From positions 594-64,593 of the forward strand of contig JBAYVV010000002.1 in the NCBI GenBank assembly GCA_041674465.1: a DNA stretch of 64,000 nucleotides, read 5' to 3'. Below the pieces are notes generated by a model, which made no database searches, was not told the origin of the DNA, and saw only the letters and a list, made by a program, of their open reading frames with translations. The translations under genes were made by a program, and so were the position numbers. This document shows positions 51,254 through 64,000 of this stretch, piece by piece; position 1 is the stretch's first letter; every line of letters begins with the position of its first letter. Source of the stretch: Sterolibacterium sp. (lineage in GTDB: Bacteria > Pseudomonadota > Gammaproteobacteria > Burkholderiales > Rhodocyclaceae).

Positions 51254-52642
51254 TCAGTAAGCGACCACGAGCCCCGGCCAGGCTTTCTGCATGGCCCGCT
51301 TGAACTCGCCCTGAATGCGCGCGAGCGCTTCGCTGGTATCGGCTTCAAAACGCAGCACCACCACGGGCGTGGTATTCGAGGCGCGCGCCAGGCCGAAGCC
51401 ATCGGCGTATTCGGCACGAACGCCGTCGATGTCGATCAATTCGCTGGCAGCGGGAAACAATTCCCTGGCCTGTCGCTGCAACTTGGCGATCAGCGCATGC
51501 GGCTCGCCTTCCTGCATCTTGATGTTAAGTTCGGGGGTCGACAAGGCATTGGGCAGATGCTTCAGCGGCCAGTTGGCGTCGGGCCAGCGCGAGACGATCT
51601 CGAGCAGGCGCGCCGCGGCGTAGATGCCGTCGTCGAAACCGTACCAGCGCTCCTTGAAGAACATGTGGCCGCTCATCTCGCCGGCCAGCAGCGCACCAGT
51701 CTCCTTGAGCTTGGCCTTGATCAGGGCATGGCCGGTCTGGCACATCAGCGGCGCGCCGCCCTGGTAGCGGATCGAGCGCGCCAGGTTGCGCGAACACTTG
51801 ACGTCGTAAATGATCTGGGCGCCGGGATTGCGCGTGATCACGTCGGCCGCAAACAGCATGAGCTGACGGTCGGGATAGATGATTTCGCCATCCTTGGTGA
51901 CGACGCCGAGGCGATCGCCATCGCCATCGAAGGCGATACCAAGTTCCGCATCGGTTTCGCGCAGGGTGCGAATCACATCCTGCAGGTTCTCCGGCTTGGA
52001 CGGATCGGGATGATGGTTGGGGAAGTTGCCATCGATCTCGCAGAACAGCGGCACCACCTTGCACCCCATCTTGCTGAAGAGTTGCGGCGCGAGTTCGCCG
52101 GCAACACCATTGCCGCAATCGACGACGATTTTCATCGGCCGGGCGAGTTTGACGTCGCTGAGGATGCGCTTGAGGTAAGCCTGCCGCACATCGACCTGGG
52201 AAACCTTGCCCGGACGCAGTGCATGCACCAGGTCGCCATGCTCGATACGACGGCGCAAGCTCTGGATCATGTCGCCATACAAGGTCTGTCCACCCAGCAC
52301 CATCTTGATGCCGTTGTAGTCGGGCGGGTTGTGGCTGCCGGTCACGGAGACCGCGCTGTTGGTACCTAGCTGGAACGCCGCAAAATAAGCCAGGGGCGTT
52401 GGCACACAACCGATGTCGATGACGTCGATGCCGGCGGCATTCAAGCCCTGCGCCAGCGCCTGCGCCAGTTCCGGCCCAGACAGGCGGCCGTCGCGCCCTA
52501 CCGCCAGCGTGCGTTGCCCGCGCGCCACCGCCTCCGAGCCGAGCGCCTGGCCGATACTGCGCACAGCTTCCGGCGTCAGGGTCTTGCCGACGATGCCACG
52601 AATGTCATAAGCCTTGAAAATTTCCGGAGCGGGTAGGTTCAT
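51254..52642 (-). CDS. Phosphomannomutase/phosphoglucomutase (AlgC-type)
   Basis: 462 aa with the active-site TGSHNPPDYNG, metal-binding FDGDGDR and sugar-binding GEMSGH. Confidence 0.9.
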   Translation of the reverse strand: MNLPAPEIFKAYDIRGIVGKTLTPEAVRSIGQALGSEAVARGQRTLAVGRDGRLSGPELAQALAQGLNAAGIDVIDIGCVPTPLAYFAAFQLGTNSAVSVTGSHNPPDYNGIKMVLGGQTLYGDMIQSLRRRIEHGDLVHALRPGKVSQVDVRQAYLKRILSDVKLARPMKIVVDCGNGVAGELAPQLFSKMGCKVVPLFCEIDGNFPNHHPDPSKPENLQDVIRTLRETDAELGIAFDGDGDRLGVVTKDGEIIYPDRQLMLFAADVITRNPGAQIIYDVKCSRNLARSIRYQGGAPLMCQTGHALIKAKLKETGALLAGEMSGHMFFKERWYGFDDGIYAAARLLEIVSRWPDANWPLKHLPNALSTPELNIKMQEGEPHALIAKLQRQARELFPAASELIDIDGVRAEYADGFGLARASNTTPVVVLRFEADTSEALARIQGEFKRAMQKAWPGLVVAY

Positions 52643-52733
52643 GATCTGGCCTGTCTATTCTGGATAGAGATGGCTGAGATTATCGCACTTTCCAATTTTG
52701 ATTTCGTGCGATAGATCAAGCTGGGCTTTAGTC

Positions 52734-53162
52734 TCAGTGGAGTATCTTTGGCGGCTCACCGAAGGACTCCGGCGGCGCGGGCGATGCATGATGCACCAGC
52801 AGCCGCCAGCCATGGGCACCACGGACATAGACGTTGGTGGCGATGAGCGGTGCAGTCTGATCGGCCTCGCCGCCGCGCAAGCCAATTTGCTCACAGAGGC
52901 TGTGCACCGTCACCAGCATGCCCTGCAGGACTACCGGCTGCGAGATCGTCACGGTAAGCTTCTGGCCGTTTTCAAAAACCCGTCGCCAGGCCTCGCGCAC
53001 GCTGGCGTAACCGGTCAAGCGCGGGCCGCCGGGCTGAATGCAGACGATTTCTTCATCCTCGGCCCAGACAGCCATCAGGGCATCGAGGTCGGCACGTTCG
53101 AGCGCATCGTAAAAGGCCGTTTCGGCATCCTGCGGCGTGGGGAAAATGGTTTTGATGGACAT
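52734..53162 (-). CDS. SnoaL-like / NTF2-fold protein (DUF4440-like)
   Basis: 142 aa. The pattern AFYDALERADLDALMAVWAEDEEIVCIQPGGP...WRLLVHHAS is typical of this fold family. Confidence 0.65.
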   Translation of the reverse strand: MSIKTIFPTPQDAETAFYDALERADLDALMAVWAEDEEIVCIQPGGPRLTGYASVREAWRRVFENGQKLTVTISQPVVLQGMLVTVHSLCEQIGLRGGEADQTAPLIATNVYVRGAHGWRLLVHHASPAPPESFGEPPKILH

Positions 53163-53166
53163 GGTT

Positions 53167-54192
53167 TCAATTAGCGATTCTTTGCAACACAGACTCGGCT
53201 GTCATGTTCTCCATGCAATTGAAATGCCCCAGCGGACAAACACGCTTGAAACAAGGGCTGCAATCGACATTGAGCGATACGATTTTCGCATGCGGCGAGA
53301 GCGGCGGGGTATAGATCGGGCTCGATGAGCCGTAGAGCGCCAGCAAGGGCCGCTTGAGCGCAGCAGCGACATGCATCAACCCCGAGTCGTTGCTCACCAC
53401 CAGACGCGCGCCAGCGAGCAGGTCGATCGCCTGCCCGAGCGAAGTCCGCCCGCACAGATTCAACGCTGCGCCTTGCGCCAGTTGCGCGATCTCATCGCCG
53501 AGGGTGGCATCCTTGTTCGATCCGACCAGCCAAACGGGCAAACCGGGTTGAGCCAGTCGTTGCGCCAGTTCGGCAAAGTGACGTGCCGGCCAGCGCTTGG
53601 CCGGGCCGTATTCGGCGCCTGGACAAAATACTGCCGGTTGCGCATCCAGCGGCAAACCGAGGGTTTCGCGCACCTCGCTCTGCTGGCTTGCGCTCGAGTT
53701 CAAATGCGGCAATGGCAAGTCGTTGCTTGCCGATCTGTCAGGGGGCTCCGCGAGTTGCGCGTAGCGCTGGGCAAGCTGCGGCATTGCCTCGGGATTCAAG
53801 CTGTGGCGACAATTCAGCAGGCCATAGCGCGCCTCGCCGGTGTAACCGATGCGTCTGGGGATACCGGCAAAGAATGGCAACAATGCCGACTTCCAGGAGT
53901 TGGGCAGCACGATTGCTGCATCGTAGACTTCGGCACACAACTCGCGCCCGAGACGCCAGCGCCCCGCGAGGTTGAATTCACCGTGAGCAAAAGGATTGTC
54001 GAGCACCCGCCGCACTTCGCTCATGCGCGCCAGCAAGGGCGAGCACCAGGCCGGCGCCAGCACATCGATGGCAAGATCCGGATGCTTCTGCTTGAGCCGC
54101 GTCAGGAGCGGCTGGGCAAGGATGGTGTCACCAATCCAGGAAGGGGCGACAATGAGGATACGTGAGAGGATGCGCAGGGTGTTTTTTCCCAC
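53167..54192 (-). CDS. waaF: Lipopolysaccharide heptosyltransferase II
   Basis: 341 aa with GT9 features (APSWIGDTILAQPL, VSNDSGLMHVAAAL, CSPCFKRVCPLGHFNCM). Confidence 0.85.
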   Translation of the reverse strand: MGKNTLRILSRILIVAPSWIGDTILAQPLLTRLKQKHPDLAIDVLAPAWCSPLLARMSEVRRVLDNPFAHGEFNLAGRWRLGRELCAEVYDAAIVLPNSWKSALLPFFAGIPRRIGYTGEARYGLLNCRHSLNPEAMPQLAQRYAQLAEPPDRSASNDLPLPHLNSSASQQSEVRETLGLPLDAQPAVFCPGAEYGPAKRWPARHFAELAQRLAQPGLPVWLVGSNKDATLGDEIAQLAQGAALNLCGRTSLGQAIDLLAGARLVVSNDSGLMHVAAALKRPLLALYGSSSPIYTPPLSPHAKIVSLNVDCSPCFKRVCPLGHFNCMENMTAESVLQRIAN

Positions 54193-54215
54193 GCCCTCCT
54201 CGCCGTGATTCAGGT

Positions 54216-54416
54216 TCAGTGATGCCCCTTCGGCGCCTCACCGCTGAAGCGATACCTGGTGCTGCAATACGGGCAAGTCGCCTCGCCGGTTTTCAGCACA
54301 TCCAGGAACACGCGCGGATGCCGCGCCCAGAGCGGACTGTCGGGACGCGGGCAGTGCAGCGGCAGATCGTGGGCGGTGAGCTTGATCTCAAGGGAGGTGT
54401 CGGTTGCTTGGGTCAT
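54216..54416 (-). CDS. Zinc-finger (zf-CHCC type) domain protein
   Basis: 66 aa with LHCP...HPRVFLDV...ATCPYCSTRY. Sits between ilvE and waaF, as commonly seen. Confidence 0.75.
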   Translation of the reverse strand: MTQATDTSLEIKLTAHDLPLHCPRPDSPLWARHPRVFLDVLKTGEATCPYCSTRYRFSGEAPKGHH

Positions 54417-54441
54417 GGCGATTCCTTTTCCTGTGAATCAA

Positions 54442-55365
54442 TTACGCCACCGGCGTGAGCCAGTGGGCATGGCTGGGCGACCTGCCGTTCACCACATCGA
54501 AGAACAGGCTCTGCAATTTGGTCGTGATCGGGCCGCGGCTGCCTGCGCCGATCTGGCGCCGGTCGAGTTCGCGGATGGGCGTCACTTCGGCAGCGGTACC
54601 GGTGAAGAAGGCTTCGTCGGCGATGTACACATCGTCGCGCGTCAGGCGCTTCGAGATCACCGTCAGGCCCAGTTCATTGGCCAGCGCGATGATGGTGCCG
54701 CGCGTGATGCCGACCAGCGCCGAGGCGATTTCCGGTTCGTAGATCACCCCGTCCTTGACGATGAAGAGGTTTTCGCCAGCGCCTTCGGCGACGAAGCCGT
54801 CGACGTCGAGCAGCAACGCTTCGTCGTAGCCGTCATCGATCGCTTCCATGTTGGCGAGGATCGAATTGGCATAGGTCGCGGCAAACTTGGCGCGCGCCAT
54901 GGTGACGTTGACATGGTGGCGGGCATAGCTCGAAGTCCTGACGCGGATGCCTTTTTCCAGGCCTTCCTCGCCGAGATAGGCGCCCCAGGGCCAGGCGGCG
55001 ATGGCGACATGCACCGTGGCACCGCGCGGACTTACACCCATTTTCTCCGAACCGTAATAGGCGATCGGCCGCAGGTAGGCGGATTCAAGTTTGTTGGCGC
55101 GCACCACTTCCTTTTGCGCTTCGAGCAAGACGGCCTTGTCGAAAGGAATCTTCATGCGATAGATGTGCGCCGAATTGTAGAGGCGGTCGGTGTGTTCCTT
55201 GAGCCGGAAGATCTGGGTGCCATTGACCGTGTTGTAGGCGCGCACGCCCTCGAATACCGCCAGGCCATAGTGGAGCGAGTGTGTCAACACGTGGGTCGTG
55301 GCATCGCGCCAGGGCACGAGCTTGCCGTCGTGCCAGATGAAGCCGTCGCGGTCGGACATGGACAT
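54442..55365 (-). CDS. ilvE: Branched-chain amino acid aminotransferase
   Basis: 307 aa starting MSMSDRDGFIWHDGKLVPW, with LHYGLAVFEGVRAY, a YLRP...Y segment and EGAGENLF. The longer 483-aa ORF is an artefactual upstream extension. Confidence 0.9.
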   Translation of the reverse strand: MSMSDRDGFIWHDGKLVPWRDATTHVLTHSLHYGLAVFEGVRAYNTVNGTQIFRLKEHTDRLYNSAHIYRMKIPFDKAVLLEAQKEVVRANKLESAYLRPIAYYGSEKMGVSPRGATVHVAIAAWPWGAYLGEEGLEKGIRVRTSSYARHHVNVTMARAKFAATYANSILANMEAIDDGYDEALLLDVDGFVAEGAGENLFIVKDGVIYEPEIASALVGITRGTIIALANELGLTVISKRLTRDDVYIADEAFFTGTAAEVTPIRELDRRQIGAGSRGPITTKLQSLFFDVVNGRSPSHAHWLTPVA

Positions 55366-55449
55366 GAGAAATCTCCGGGGGCAGTCGCAAAGCCCGATTT
55401 TAGCCGATTTGCAGGCTCGCTGAAGCAGCTGGCGCGCTAAAATGAGGCC

Positions 55450-55902
55450 ATGCGTGAGGTCTGGAAACCCAATGTGACTGTTGCTGCTGTCATCGAGCGG
55501 AACGGAAAATTTCTCCTGGTCGAGGAGGAAACCGATGGCGGCGTTCGCTTCAACCAGCCGGCCGGACACCTCGATCCGGACGAGTCTCTGGTCGAAGCCT
55601 GCGTCCGAGAGACACTTGAAGAAACCGCCTGGCATTTCACGCCCACGGCCCTGGTCGGGATTTATCAATGGCCGCGTCCGCAAGGCGATCTCACCTATCT
55701 GCGCTTTGCCTTTACCGGCCAGCTCGGCGAACACGCGGCGGATCGGGCGCTTGATGCGGGCATCCTGCGTGCGCTGTGGCTCTCGCAGGAGGAAATCCGG
55801 GCAGGGCAAGAGCGCCATCGCAGCCCCCTGGTGCAGCAATGCATAGCCGACTACCTCGCGGGACGGCGTTTCCCGTTGGATCTGATCCGGCATTACGCAT
55901 GA
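55450..55902 (+). CDS. NUDIX hydrolase
   Basis: 150 aa with a Nudix box ([23 protein letters not shown]). Its stop overlaps the mnmA start (ATGA). Confidence 0.85.
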   Translation: MREVWKPNVTVAAVIERNGKFLLVEEETDGGVRFNQPAGHLDPDESLVEACVRETLEETAWHFTPTALVGIYQWPRPQGDLTYLRFAFTGQLGEHAADRALDAGILRALWLSQEEIRAGQERHRSPLVQQCIADYLAGRRFPLDLIRHYA

Positions 55903-57032
55903 GCACAGGCACGGTCATTGTCGGCATGTCCGGCGGCGTCGACTCCTCGGTAGCCGCCTTGTTGCTCAAGCAGCAGGGCTGGAAGGTCATCGGCCTGTTC
56001 ATGAAGAACTGGGAGGACGACGACGCTGGAGAATACTGCTCGACGCGTCAGGACCTCGTCGATGTCGCCTCGGTCTGCGATGTCATCGGCATCGACCTGG
56101 AAGTCGTGAATTTTTCAGAGGCCTACAAGGAGCGCGTTTTCAGCGAATTCCTGCGCGAGTACCAGGCCGGCCGCACCCCCAATCCGGATGTGCTGTGCAA
56201 CGCCGAGATCAAGTTCAAGGCTTTCCTCGATCACGCATTGCAGCTCGGTGCCGACAAGATTGCCACCGGCCACTACGCCCAGGTGCGCGAGTTCATGGGT
56301 GCACAGCAACTGCTCAAGGCCGAGGACGGCACCAAGGACCAGAGCTACTTTTTATACCGTCTCAACCAGGCGCAACTGAGCAAGACGCTGTTCCCGGTCG
56401 GACATTTGTACAAGAGGGACGTACGCAAATTGGCCGAGCAGGCCGGCCTGCCGAATTTCGCCAAGAAGGATTCCACCGGCATCTGCTTTATCGGCGAGCG
56501 GCCGTTCCGCGAATTTCTCGCCCGATATCTGCCGGGACAACCGGGCGAGATTCGCAACCTCGACGACGAGCAATTGCTCGGCCAGCATCAGGGACTGATG
56601 TTCCATACCCTGGGACAGCGCAAGGGACTCGGCATCGGCGGTGTCAAAGAACATGCCGACGAAGCCGGCGATCACGAGGCCTGGTATGTCACCGCCAAGG
56701 ATATGGACAGGAACGTGCTGTATGTGGTGCAAGGACACAACCACCCGGCCCTGCTCAGTGACCACCTCAAAGCCACCGATCTCTCCTGGATTCGCGGCAG
56801 TGGCGCAGAAAACCGTCCGCACACGCATTGGGTTTATGCCTCCAAGACACGCTATCGCCAACCCGACGCACCTTGCGAGGTTGACGCGCTGACTGGCGAT
56901 GCCTGCGAAATCGCTTTCGCAACACCGCAATGGGCAGTCACGCCGGGTCAGTCCGTGGTGCTATACGAATCGAGGGTTTGCCTAGGCGGCGGGGTGATTC
57001 ACTCTTGCGGAACGGTGTCGATGAACGACTGA
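55899..57032 (+). CDS. mnmA: tRNA 2-thiouridine(34) synthase
   Basis: Starts [18 protein letters not shown] (PP-loop), with [18 protein letters not shown] and KDQSYFL. Confidence 0.93.
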   Translation: MSTGTVIVGMSGGVDSSVAALLLKQQGWKVIGLFMKNWEDDDAGEYCSTRQDLVDVASVCDVIGIDLEVVNFSEAYKERVFSEFLREYQAGRTPNPDVLCNAEIKFKAFLDHALQLGADKIATGHYAQVREFMGAQQLLKAEDGTKDQSYFLYRLNQAQLSKTLFPVGHLYKRDVRKLAEQAGLPNFAKKDSTGICFIGERPFREFLARYLPGQPGEIRNLDDEQLLGQHQGLMFHTLGQRKGLGIGGVKEHADEAGDHEAWYVTAKDMDRNVLYVVQGHNHPALLSDHLKATDLSWIRGSGAENRPHTHWVYASKTRYRQPDAPCEVDALTGDACEIAFATPQWAVTPGQSVVLYESRVCLGGGVIHSCGTVSMND

Positions 57033-57607
57033 CGCTGCATGAGCTTGGCATAGAGCTTTGCCAGGTTGGCATGAGTCTCGCACCAATCGATGTCGGGAAA
57101 GCGAAATTCCAGGTAGCCCAGCGTGGTGCCTATGGCGATATCCGCCAATGAGAAAGCGCTGCCGTGGCACCAGGGATGCTCGCCAAGATCATCTGCCATG
57201 GCCTGCAAACCGGCCAAAACCTTGCCGCGCTGGCGCTTGATCCAGGCGTTGCTCTTTTCCCCTTTCGCCCTTCTCGATTCGAGCAGGGCGGCCACCGCCG
57301 CATCCAGGATACCATCGGCAAGCGCTTCCCAGCGCTTGACAGTGATGCGCTCGCGGCCAGAGGATGGGATCAGCCGGTTGTTGGGCGAAACGGTATCGAG
57401 ATACTCGACAATGACTCTTGAATCATAGAGCGTGCTGTCGTCGTCGAGCAACAACACCGGCACCTTGCCGAGCGGATTGTGCTGCGGCACGCTGGTGTTA
57501 TCCAGCCAGGGGGAATCAAGAACCAGGTCGTATTCGATTTTTTTCTCGGCGAGCACGATGCGCGCCTTGCGAACATAGGGACTGGTCAGGGAACCAATGA
57601 GCTTCAT
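56999..57607 (-). CDS. Glutathione S-transferase family protein
   Basis: 202 aa with an N-terminal thioredoxin-like GST fold ([41 protein letters not shown]). Its 3' end overlaps the convergent mnmA by 34 nt. Confidence 0.8.
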   Translation of the reverse strand: MKLIGSLTSPYVRKARIVLAEKKIEYDLVLDSPWLDNTSVPQHNPLGKVPVLLLDDDSTLYDSRVIVEYLDTVSPNNRLIPSSGRERITVKRWEALADGILDAAVAALLESRRAKGEKSNAWIKRQRGKVLAGLQAMADDLGEHPWCHGSAFSLADIAIGTTLGYLEFRFPDIDWCETHANLAKLYAKLMQRQSFIDTVPQE

Positions 57608-57727
57608 CTGTTACTCAGTGCTGGCTAAATCACGAGGCGTGATTATATCACCCCCACTCGTTTTTTCAGCCGCTTGAAGCATGCTCTGGAGCGAAGCCTT
57701 CGTCTCCCATGATAAAATTATGCTTAG

Positions 57728-59450
<1,723 letters not shown>

Positions 59451-59454
<4 letters not shown>

Positions 59455-60386
59455 ACCACCGCTTCTTCTTTTTCCTTCTTCGGCTTGATGAAGTGCTCGC
59501 GCGAGACACCGAGCCACATCACCAGCGGGCTGGCGACCAGCACCGAGGAGTAAATGCCGAAGCAGATGCCGATGGTCAGCGCCAGGGCGAAATAATGCAG
59601 CGCCGCGCCGCCGAAGATCAGCATCGAGGTCACCATCATCTGCGTGCAGCCGTGGGTGATGATGGTGCGTGAAATCGTGCTGGTGATGGCATAGTTCAGC
59701 ACTTGCGGCGTGGTCAGGCCGCGCTTTTTCTTGAAGGTCTCGCGCACCCGGTCGAACACCACCACCGACTCGTTCACCGAGTAACCCAGCACGGCCAGAA
59801 CCGCCGCCAGTACCGGCAGCGAGAACTCCCACTGGAAGAAGGCGAAGAAGCCGAGGATGATCACCACGTCATGGAGGTTGGCGATAATGGCGGAAATCGC
59901 GAAGCGCCATTCAAACCGAATCGCCAGATAGATGACGATACCGATCACCACCAGCAGCAAAGCCATCGCACCGTCCGATGCGAGTTCCTTACCGACCTGC
60001 GGGCCGACGAATTCGACGCGCTTGAGTTGCGGCGGATTACTGTCGCCGACGGCGTTCAGCGAAACCATCACGCGGTCGCTGACCTTGGCGGTGTCGCTGT
60101 CCTTGGTCAGCGGCACGCGGATCAGGAGATCGCGCGAGCTGCCGAAGTTCTGCACTTGCGGGTCGAGGAAGCCGTCCTGCAGCAGGCGATTGCGCACCTT
60201 TTCAACATCGGGCGCCGTGGCATAGCTGACTTCGAGCAGCGTGCCACCGGTAAATTCAATGGACAGGTGCAGTCCCTTGGTGACCAGGAACACCACCGCC
60301 AGGATGAAGGTGATCAAGGAGATGATGTTGAACACCAGCGCATGGCGCATGAAGGGGATATCGTTTTTGATGCGGAAGAATTCCAT
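59451..60386 (-). CDS. secF: Protein translocase subunit SecF
   Basis: 311 aa with FMRHALVFNIISL, IEFTGGT and six-TM architecture. Follows secD. Confidence 0.93.
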
Positions 60387-60398
60387 ATCGTTTTCCCT

Positions 60399-62276
60399 TT
60401 ATTTCGCCTGGACGCCGGGCTTCCACACCTGGCCGATCGAGAGCTTGTCGACCTTGCGGCGCGAGCCGTAGATGAGATTGATGAGTGCCCGCGACACCAC
60501 CACCGAGCTGAAGATCGAAGTCAGGATGCCGAGACAGTGCACCACGGCAAAACCGCGGATCGGACCGGAACCGAAAATCAGCAGGGCGACGCCGGCAATC
60601 AGAGTGGTGACGTTGGAATCGAGAATGGTGCCGAAGGCACGCTCGTAGCCGGCAAAGATCGCTGCCTGCGGCGATTCGCCGTTGCGCAATTCCTCGCGAA
60701 TGCGTTCGTTGATCAGAACGTTGGAGTCGATCGCCATGCCCAGCGTCAGGGCGATGGCGGCGATGCCGGGCAGGGTCAACGTCGCCTGCAACATTGAGAG
60801 CAGTGCAAACAGCAACATGACGTTGGAGGCCAGAGCCAGCACCGAGACAAAACCGAACAGCAGATAGTAGAGACTCATGAACACGGCAATCGCGGCAAAG
60901 CCGCCGAGCGTCGAGTGGAAACCCTTCTGAATGTTCTCGGCGCCAAGCGATGGGCCGATGGTGCGCTCCTCGATAATGTCCATCGGCGCCGCCAGCGATC
61001 CGGCACGCAGCAGCAGTGCGATGTCGTTGGCCTCGATGGTGCTCATGCGCCCAGAGATCTGCACCCGACCGCCGCCGATTTCGCTGCGGATCACCGGCGC
61101 CGTGACCACTTCGCCCTTGCCTTTTTCGATGAGCAGAATGGACATGCGCTTGCCGACATTGTCGCGCGTGACCTCCTTGAAGATTCTTGCCCCGGCCGAA
61201 TCCAGGGTCAGATGCACGGCCGGCTCCTGGGTCTGGTTGTCAAAACCAGGCTGGGCATCGGTGAGCCGTTCGCCAGTCAGCACCACCTGCTTTTTCACCA
61301 GCAGCGGCCGGCCGCCGCGCTCGGTGTAATACTCGGTACCGAGCGGCGGCTGTCCTGCGGCTGCCTGGCTCATGACAGTCGCATTGGCGCTGTTTTCGTC
61401 ATCCACCATGCGCACTTCGAGGGTGGCGGTGCGGCCGAGAATGTCCTTGGCCTTGGAGGTATCCTGCACGCCGGGCAATTGCACAACGATGCGGTCAGCG
61501 CCCTGCTGCTGGATCACCGGCTCGGCCACGCCGAGTTCATTGATACGGTTGTGCAGGGTGGTGATGTTCTGTTTCAGTGCATATTCCTGGATGCGCTTCT
61601 CGGCCGCAGGGCTGAGCTTGCCGACCAGTTTGAAATCGGCGCCATCCTGTGATTCGGTAAAAATCAGGTCGGGCTGCACATCGCCGATGACGCCGCGTGC
61701 CTTGTCACGGGTCTCCGTTTCGCGGAATTTGATGACCAGGGTCATGCCCTCGCGGCCAATACCGGCGTGACGCAGATTCTTGTCGCGCAACAGGCTGCGC
61801 ACGTCGGCGCTGGTGGCATCAAGCCGCTTGGTCAACGCACCCTTCATGTCCACCTGCAGCAGGAAATGCACGCCGCCGCGCAAGTCGAGTCCGAGATACA
61901 TCGGCAGGGCATGCAGATTGGTCAACCACAGCGGCGAACTGGAGAGCAGGTTCAGTGCCACGCTGTAGGAAGCGTCAGCGACCACCGGGTTGAGTGCCTT
62001 CTCGATGGCGTCCTTGGCCTTGAGCTGGATGTCGCCATCCTTGAAACGCACGCGTATGCTGTTGGGGTCGGTGAACACGCCGTCATGGGTGATACCCGCC
62101 GCCTTGAGGGTATCCTCCACGCGGCCGAATAATGCGTTGTCGATCTTGACGGTGGCCTTGACACTCGATACCTGCACTGCAGGCGCTTCACCGTAGAAGT
62201 TCGGCAGCGTGTAGAGCAGGCCGAGCGCCAGCGCCACGGCTACCAGAATGTTGATCCAGAGCGGGTAGCGATTCAT
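60399..62276 (-). CDS. secD: Protein translocase subunit SecD
   Basis: 625 aa with MNRYPLWINILV, LGLDLRGGVHFLL, a large periplasmic domain and a C-terminal TM bundle (GIAAIALTLGMAIDSNVLI). Confidence 0.95.
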   Translation of the reverse strand: MNRYPLWINILVAVALALGLLYTLPNFYGEAPAVQVSSVKATVKIDNALFGRVEDTLKAAGITHDGVFTDPNSIRVRFKDGDIQLKAKDAIEKALNPVVADASYSVALNLLSSSPLWLTNLHALPMYLGLDLRGGVHFLLQVDMKGALTKRLDATSADVRSLLRDKNLRHAGIGREGMTLVIKFRETETRDKARGVIGDVQPDLIFTESQDGADFKLVGKLSPAAEKRIQEYALKQNITTLHNRINELGVAEPVIQQQGADRIVVQLPGVQDTSKAKDILGRTATLEVRMVDDENSANATVMSQAAAGQPPLGTEYYTERGGRPLLVKKQVVLTGERLTDAQPGFDNQTQEPAVHLTLDSAGARIFKEVTRDNVGKRMSILLIEKGKGEVVTAPVIRSEIGGGRVQISGRMSTIEANDIALLLRAGSLAAPMDIIEERTIGPSLGAENIQKGFHSTLGGFAAIAVFMSLYYLLFGFVSVLALASNVMLLFALLSMLQATLTLPGIAAIALTLGMAIDSNVLINERIREELRNGESPQAAIFAGYERAFGTILDSNVTTLIAGVALLIFGSGPIRGFAVVHCLGILTSIFSSVVVSRALINLIYGSRRKVDKLSIGQVWKPGVQAK

Positions 62277-62277
62277 C

Positions 62278-62622
62278 TCAGAGCGTTTTCAGCGTGCCCT
62301 TGGGCAACAAGGTGGCGACAGCCTGTTTCTGGACGATGATCTCGACCGGGCTGTCCTTCAACGTGCCGACTTCGAGGGTCATGTAGTTTTCGCCGACCTT
62401 GGTGATCCGGCCAGCCATGCCGCCCTGGGTAAGAATCTCGTCACCCTTGGCGAGGGCTTCAACCATGGTCTTGTGCTCCTTGGCCTTTTTCATTTGCGGG
62501 CGGATCATCAGGAACCAGAGCACCACGAACATCAGGATGATCGGCAACAGGCCAGTCAGTCCGCCCAGCGGATCGGAGGCGGCCGCACCGGCGGCTTGAG
62601 CATAAGCATTTGAGATCAGCAC
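62278..62622 (-). CDS. yajC: Preprotein translocase subunit YajC
   Basis: 114 aa with FLMIRPQMKKAKEHK...L.KGDEILT.GG..G.I. Confidence 0.9.
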   Translation of the reverse strand: MLISNAYAQAAGAAASDPLGGLTGLLPIILMFVVLWFLMIRPQMKKAKEHKTMVEALAKGDEILTQGGMAGRITKVGENYMTLEVGTLKDSPVEIIVQKQAVATLLPKGTLKTL

Positions 62623-62659
62623 GATTAACTCCAGTCAGCAAATCAAGCCGCGCATTATA

Positions 62660-64000
<1,341 letters not shown>

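Noticed and set aside
52680-52712. An 8-bp perfect inverted repeat, TATCGCAC-N17-GTGCGATA, between the SnoaL-like gene and algC-like gene.
   Set aside because: The stem is short, the loop is long and no T-run follows. It is compatible with chance or a minor operator and is not strong enough to call. The same applies to AATCACG-agg-CGTGATT near 57630 and GCGATT-cga-AATCGC near 18826.
55366-55893. A 176-aa N-terminal extension of the ilvE ORF (the 483-aa version).
   Set aside because: The conserved IlvE sequence starts at MSMSDRDGFIW. The extension has no aminotransferase similarity and runs antisense through the NUDIX gene.

Overview
This is a high-GC, gene-dense chromosomal window with about 51 protein-coding genes. 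Gene content and synteny look betaproteobacterial (bamD-rluD-pgeF, waaF-zf-ilvE, NUDIX-mnmA, queA-tgt-yajC-secD-secF), but that lineage call is an inference I cannot confirm without a database. Most genes are housekeeping: uvrA, alaS, purB, ilvE, mnmA, the Sec components, a beta-oxidation cluster, an EmrAB-OMF-type efflux operon and several c-di-GMP turnover proteins. I found no rRNA or tRNA genes, CRISPR arrays, integrases, transposases or recognisable defence systems. Four regions look accessory or unusual. (1) A single-gene islet encodes a 1852-aa type I secretion (T1SS)-type mosaic adhesin (39805-45363); it sits behind a roughly 32% GC leader, ends at a perfect rho-independent terminator and has no transporter genes nearby. 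(2) A 293-bp intergenic element is bounded by perfect 21-bp inverted repeats (4776-5068). (3) Six TTCTGCGTG-like motifs spaced 11-12 bp apart lie in the 466-bp rhlE/efflux divergent region. (4) A 1191-aa secreted NHL-propeller protein carries a duplicated, unassigned C-terminal module. I do not see a convincing multi-gene novel system. The findings below are ranked on that basis, and product calls rest on motif recognition by eye rather than searches.
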